NCBI GenBank assembly: GCA_029564175.1
Contig: JAKQQL010000339.1
Location: forward strand, 1-12,111
DNA: 12,111 nt
Origin: Candidatus Cloacimonadota bacterium
GTDB lineage: Bacteria > Cloacimonadota > Cloacimonadia > Cloacimonadales > WRIO01
Direction: 5' to 3'
Both the position numbers and the translations under genes were made by a program. The notes under the pieces are model-generated. The model searched no databases. It saw only the letters and a list, made by a program, of their open reading frames with translations, and was not told the origin of the DNA. Position 1 is the first letter of the stretch; every line of letters starts with the position of its first letter. Of this stretch, positions 8,713-12,111 are shown one piece after another.

Positions 8713-9888
8713 TTACCTTTCAACGGATGAGTAGCGAAAAGCTCTTTTTTTTAATATATCAATCTCATAAGACATCGATGAATTAATAATCTCATAAGAT
8801 CCGGAAAAAACAGCAGGAATATCAGATTGACGATTTTGTAAATCAAGACTGATAGCTTCAGCCATGGATACACCTGAGTCATCATTCATTCTCATTACTG
8901 TGACATCCAGCATATTTTTAGTCAGCAAATTAAGCTCAGCACTACCCCCTCCCCAGCCATTGATAAAAATATTCTTTTTCATTTTCATTTTATCAAGCGC
9001 ATCGACTGCTCCAAGTGTAACATCTGTTGCACAAGAATAAATAAAATCAATCTGAGTATGGGTATTGATCGCATTTAAAGTGGCTATCATAGATTTATCT
9101 CTTTTGCCATCTGTTTTATAGATTGAAAGAAGATTCATTTTTCTGTTTTTTAAGATTTCTTTTTTAAAAGAGTCACCTCTTTGCTGACTGATTATGCCAT
9201 CAGTGAAGAGTAACATAATCCAGTTTGCTCCATCTGGAAATTTTTGCAGAAAGTATTTTGCTAGTCTGATAGATCCTAACTCATGATCAAAACCGGTATA
9301 AAGTAATGGTTGGTGACTGCCAAATCTTTTAAGAGGTGTTGTGACATTTTGAATAATCACCTTTACTTTTCCTTCTTTTAATGTTTTTTCCATAATATTT
9401 AAATCAGCAGATTCATCGATTGTTGTCACGAGATAATCAATGTTTGATTCAAGCGCATCAATAATTTGTTGATGTTGTAACTGTGTCTCTCCTGGTGCAC
9501 TGTAATACTCTTTCAATTGATAAGGAATACCGATTTCTCTTAATCTGGCTTCAAAGACAGTTACATTTCTTATCCAATAATCTGAGGATTGTATTGCCGG
9601 ATAAACAATGGCGATACTGACCGGTTTTTTTATGTTCCATTTTAATTTCATCCCCTTGCTTTGTATGATAGCATTAAAACTCTCAATTCGTTTTTTTTCA
9701 TCAGGGAATATTTTTTGCCATTCCAGGTAAGACCAGTTTTCATTATCTGATTGAAATTCAATCTTATTTGACGGGCTTTGGAGTATGATTGTTTCATTTG
9801 AATTCTTATCTAAAAATAAAAATCCTAGAACAACGATGATTATGGTGACAACAAGAGAAATGATCAGTATTACAATTTTATTCATCAT
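8713..9888 (-). CDS. luxP: Autoinducer-2-binding periplasmic protein LuxP homologue
   Basis: Motifs matching Vibrio LuxP in order: VYP..QSSDYWIRN, IQNVTTP, QPLLYTGFDH..GS, ISQQRGD, DFIYSCATDV.LGAVDAL, INGWGGGSAEL, TVMRMNDDSG..MAEAI..DL, LKKRAFRYS. RBS AAGGAG (9900-9895) lies 6 nt before the ATG. Confidence 0.93.
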   Translation of the reverse strand: MMNKIVILIISLVVTIIIVVLGFLFLDKNSNETIILQSPSNKIEFQSDNENWSYLEWQKIFPDEKKRIESFNAIIQSKGMKLKWNIKKPVSIAIVYPAIQSSDYWIRNVTVFEARLREIGIPYQLKEYYSAPGETQLQHQQIIDALESNIDYLVTTIDESADLNIMEKTLKEGKVKVIIQNVTTPLKRFGSHQPLLYTGFDHELGSIRLAKYFLQKFPDGANWIMLLFTDGIISQQRGDSFKKEILKNRKMNLLSIYKTDGKRDKSMIATLNAINTHTQIDFIYSCATDVTLGAVDALDKMKMKKNIFINGWGGGSAELNLLTKNMLDVTVMRMNDDSGVSMAEAISLDLQNRQSDIPAVFSGSYEIINSSMSYEIDILKKRAFRYSSVER

Positions 9889-9908
9889 CGAATACTCCTT
9901 TATGGGAA

Positions 9909-9936
9909 ATCATAATGTTTTTTTTTATAATGTCAA
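9909..9936 (-). promoter_or_regulatory. Sigma70-type promoter of the luxP-kinase operon
   Basis: Minus strand reads TTGACA (9936-9931), a 16-nt spacer containing A9, then TATGAT (9914-9909), followed closely by the RBS AAGGAG. Confidence 0.7.
9911..9924. repeat. 14-bp direct repeat, right copy (CATAATGTTTTTTT)
   Basis: Identical to 5667-5680. Overlaps the luxP promoter -10 and spacer. Confidence 0.5.
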
Positions 9937-9999
9937 TATTTTTATGATTTATTTTAAAAAATCGTGATACGATTTCTAGAAATATTAAAGAATCATTTT

Positions 10000-10043
10000 T
10001 AAAGGATTTGATAAGGAAAGAATAAGGATGGAATAAGAAAAGC
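10000..10043. repeat. Imperfect 11-bp tandem direct repeats (4 units)
   Basis: TAAAGGATTTG / ATAAGGAAAGA / ATAAGGATGGA / ATAAGAAAAGC. The AAG(G/A)A core occurs at 10002, 10013, 10024 and 10035. Confidence 0.5.
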
Positions 10044-10090
10044 TTTAAAAAAAATCATACATTTTTTTAAAACAAAACTGTATATTTACT

Positions 10091-12111
10091 CTATTTTTCC
10101 CACTTAAAAATTAAATCGATTCCAGAAGACTGATTTGATAACTGTTGACTTTGCAGATAAAGATTTTTTGATATCTGATATTCTATATTCATGGTTTCTT
10201 GTTGGGTAGCATTAACTTCACGTACATTAAACTCTCTGAAATAGGATAGAAAAAGACGTTCTCCAAAGTATTTACCTATCTGAATTTCTGTATTGCCATA
10301 TTGATTAGATCCTGTGATATCGACTAAATCAAGATGTAGAATATCTTTTATTCGATCATTGATTTGATTTGTCAGACTGTTTATTAATAATGAAGCCGCT
10401 AAGTTACCTGCATTAAATTCATTATTTACTGAGGACTTTTCTTGTCTGCTGAGTTGCGCCATATTTCTGCCAAAAAGTATGTAAGATATTGCATCCGGTT
10501 CACTGATTTCTTCTCCATCCAGAATAAAAGCCAGCTGAGGTTGCTTGATAGTGCCACCTACTGTCAGAATGAGTATTCTGCGTTCATTGCCTTCTCTGAA
10601 CCTGTACCTGGCTTTGATATCTAAATCAGGATTAAACTCTTTGTTATCTTTGAAAGTAATCACTGCACTTTCTATATCAAAACGTTTCCCATACAGAGAA
10701 TAATAACCTCTTAATAACTGAATCTGACCATTTAGGATGATTTGTTTGTCTTCTCTTATTAACTGCACCGATCCGGCAGTTTCAATATTCATGTCTTTCC
10801 CTTTGATCCATGTATTTTTTGGTATCGTTACTAAAACATTCATTCCTATTTTATCTGCTTGAGGCAGACTGATTGTTTTGCGTGTATGAATACTGTCTTT
10901 GTCTGGGATTTGACTTTTTAGAAGTAATGGGGGCGTTAACTCAATCGAAGAATTAAAACGTAACAGCTTGTCGATATTGATCTTAGTGTCATTCAACTCA
11001 GATCTGCCACTCAGCATAAGAGAATTTTGATCACCACTTAGATATAGCAAGGCATTCAGTTTCGATTCAAGAGCTGGAGATTGTAACAATTGTGCCTGAT
11101 TAGCCAGTAATCCAAAATCAAGAGAATCCAGACTAAAACCATTTTTTAATGAAATAAAGGCAATTCCATCTGCTGTTACAAATCCCTTTCCAGCTTTCAA
11201 TACTAATGAATCAAGCATTATTTTGTTTGGATTGAAACGAATTGAAATGTTTATGTCATTCAATAATGTGCCAAATTCAGGGTATTGAAATTGTCCCTGA
11301 TGAACTGTCAACTGGCCTTCTGTTTTAATATCAGTCAGTGTATTATAAAAACGGATTGAAGAATTAAGCATTCCTCGTATAGATGCTTTTGGCTTAAGAT
11401 AGTGTGAAAATTGACTTAAATTTGTATTCCCGGTTTGTAATTGAAGGTTAAATATTTTAGATTTGTCAGGTATCTGTTTATTAATAATGTTCTTGTGGTT
11501 TATATAGAGAGGTAATGTGCCTGATAGTAGGATGCTCTCATTTTTTATCTTCAAGTTAGTGTTGAGAAACGTATTTTCTGTGTCTTGATTAAGTTTAAGT
11601 CTGATACGATCAATTTCAAATGGTGGTGTATTAATTGAATCAGAATCTGTGTTTATTATCAGATTGTTTAATGACATTTCAGAATTAATTAAAGGATTTT
11701 CAATTGTATTAGCAATCTTTATATCCCAGTTCATTATTCCTTTTTCTATTTGTATACCCCTGATAAAGGTGTTAAAATCAGATAGTAATAACTCTTTTAT
11801 CCCGATATCTGCTTGTATCTGATCAGGTTCTTTAAATCGTGCATCAATATCTAAATGACCTTTATTTACAGCTATCTTAAGATCTTCGATGGCATAATCC
11901 GGTTTGTTAAAAATGAGTTTTGCCTGAGACTTATTTTTCACTCTGATATGTTTAAAAAGGATGTCTAACTCATTGATTAAAACTTCAGAGAGATTTAAAG
12001 GATTAAAAGTAAAATTTGTATTGAGATTTAAACTGTCTCCTGCAAAAGCGCTGAGTGAACTGTTTATTAAAAAACTGTTCGATGTTTTGTTATTTTGCTC
12101 TGATTGGCTTA
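10091..12111 (-). CDS. tamB: Translocation/assembly module TamB (DUF490) family protein, 5'-truncated
   Basis: The frame stays open from the window end (no in-frame stop 12111-11942). Beta-taco-like repeats and DUF490 C-terminal motifs: LNGQIQLLRGYYSLYGKRFDI, NPDLDIKA, VGGTIKQPQL, DAISYILFG, IGKYFGERLFLSY, EYQISKNLYL, SGIDLIFKWE. Confidence 0.88.
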   Translation of the reverse strand, partial: SQSEQNNKTSNSFLINSSLSAFAGDSLNLNTNFTFNPLNLSEVLINELDILFKHIRVKNKSQAKLIFNKPDYAIEDLKIAVNKGHLDIDARFKEPDQIQADIGIKELLLSDFNTFIRGIQIEKGIMNWDIKIANTIENPLINSEMSLNNLIINTDSDSINTPPFEIDRIRLKLNQDTENTFLNTNLKIKNESILLSGTLPLYINHKNIINKQIPDKSKIFNLQLQTGNTNLSQFSHYLKPKASIRGMLNSSIRFYNTLTDIKTEGQLTVHQGQFQYPEFGTLLNDINISIRFNPNKIMLDSLVLKAGKGFVTADGIAFISLKNGFSLDSLDFGLLANQAQLLQSPALESKLNALLYLSGDQNSLMLSGRSELNDTKINIDKLLRFNSSIELTPPLLLKSQIPDKDSIHTRKTISLPQADKIGMNVLVTIPKNTWIKGKDMNIETAGSVQLIREDKQIILNGQIQLLRGYYSLYGKRFDIESAVITFKDNKEFNPDLDIKARYRFREGNERRILILTVGGTIKQPQLAFILDGEEISEPDAISYILFGRNMAQLSRQEKSSVNNEFNAGNLAASLLINSLTNQINDRIKDILHLDLVDITGSNQYGNTEIQIGKYFGERLFLSYFREFNVREVNATQQETMNIEYQISKNLYLQSQQLSNQSSGIDLIFKWEK

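Noticed and set aside
10044..10072. AT-only inverted repeat downstream of tamB
   Set aside because: Low complexity, no GC stem, and expected by chance in AT-rich intergenic DNA.
13..10624. Short alternative-frame ORFs (13-231, 1484-1681, 1694-1915, 1999-2184, 2817-3005, 3552-3797, 5214-5405, 8541-8786, 9785-9967, 10442-10624)
   Set aside because: All overlap longer, well-supported CDSs and show no recognisable motifs.
11939..11941. GTG at 11941 as the tamB start
   Set aside because: The frame is open to the window edge, and TamB proteins are longer with an N-terminal anchor.

Overview
AT-rich bacterial chromosomal window. The C-terminal FlgD-Ig/secretion-tail style of the first protein suggests an FCB-group organism, most likely Cloacimonadota (inference). 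Plus strand: the 3' part of a large secreted beta-helix/FN3/FlgD-Ig protein (open from base 1), a small membrane-anchored protein, a DUF2207-like membrane protein, a REP/REPIN-like palindromic repeat cluster, a 3-TM hypothetical protein and a YedF-type (TusA+DsrE) protein. Minus strand: the 3' part of a TamB (DUF490)-like gene and a two-gene operon. The operon encodes a clear LuxP homologue, with the AI-2/borate-binding residues I recall from Vibrio LuxP conserved, and a hybrid histidine kinase. The kinase has a LuxQ-like periplasmic domain joined to a non-Vibrio HAMP-PAS-PAS-HisKA(AHDFNN)-HATPase-REC output. This apparent LuxPQ-type autoinducer-2 sensor outside Vibrionales is the highlight. 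It has a near-consensus sigma70 promoter with an A9 tract in the spacer and is bracketed by a 14-bp direct repeat.
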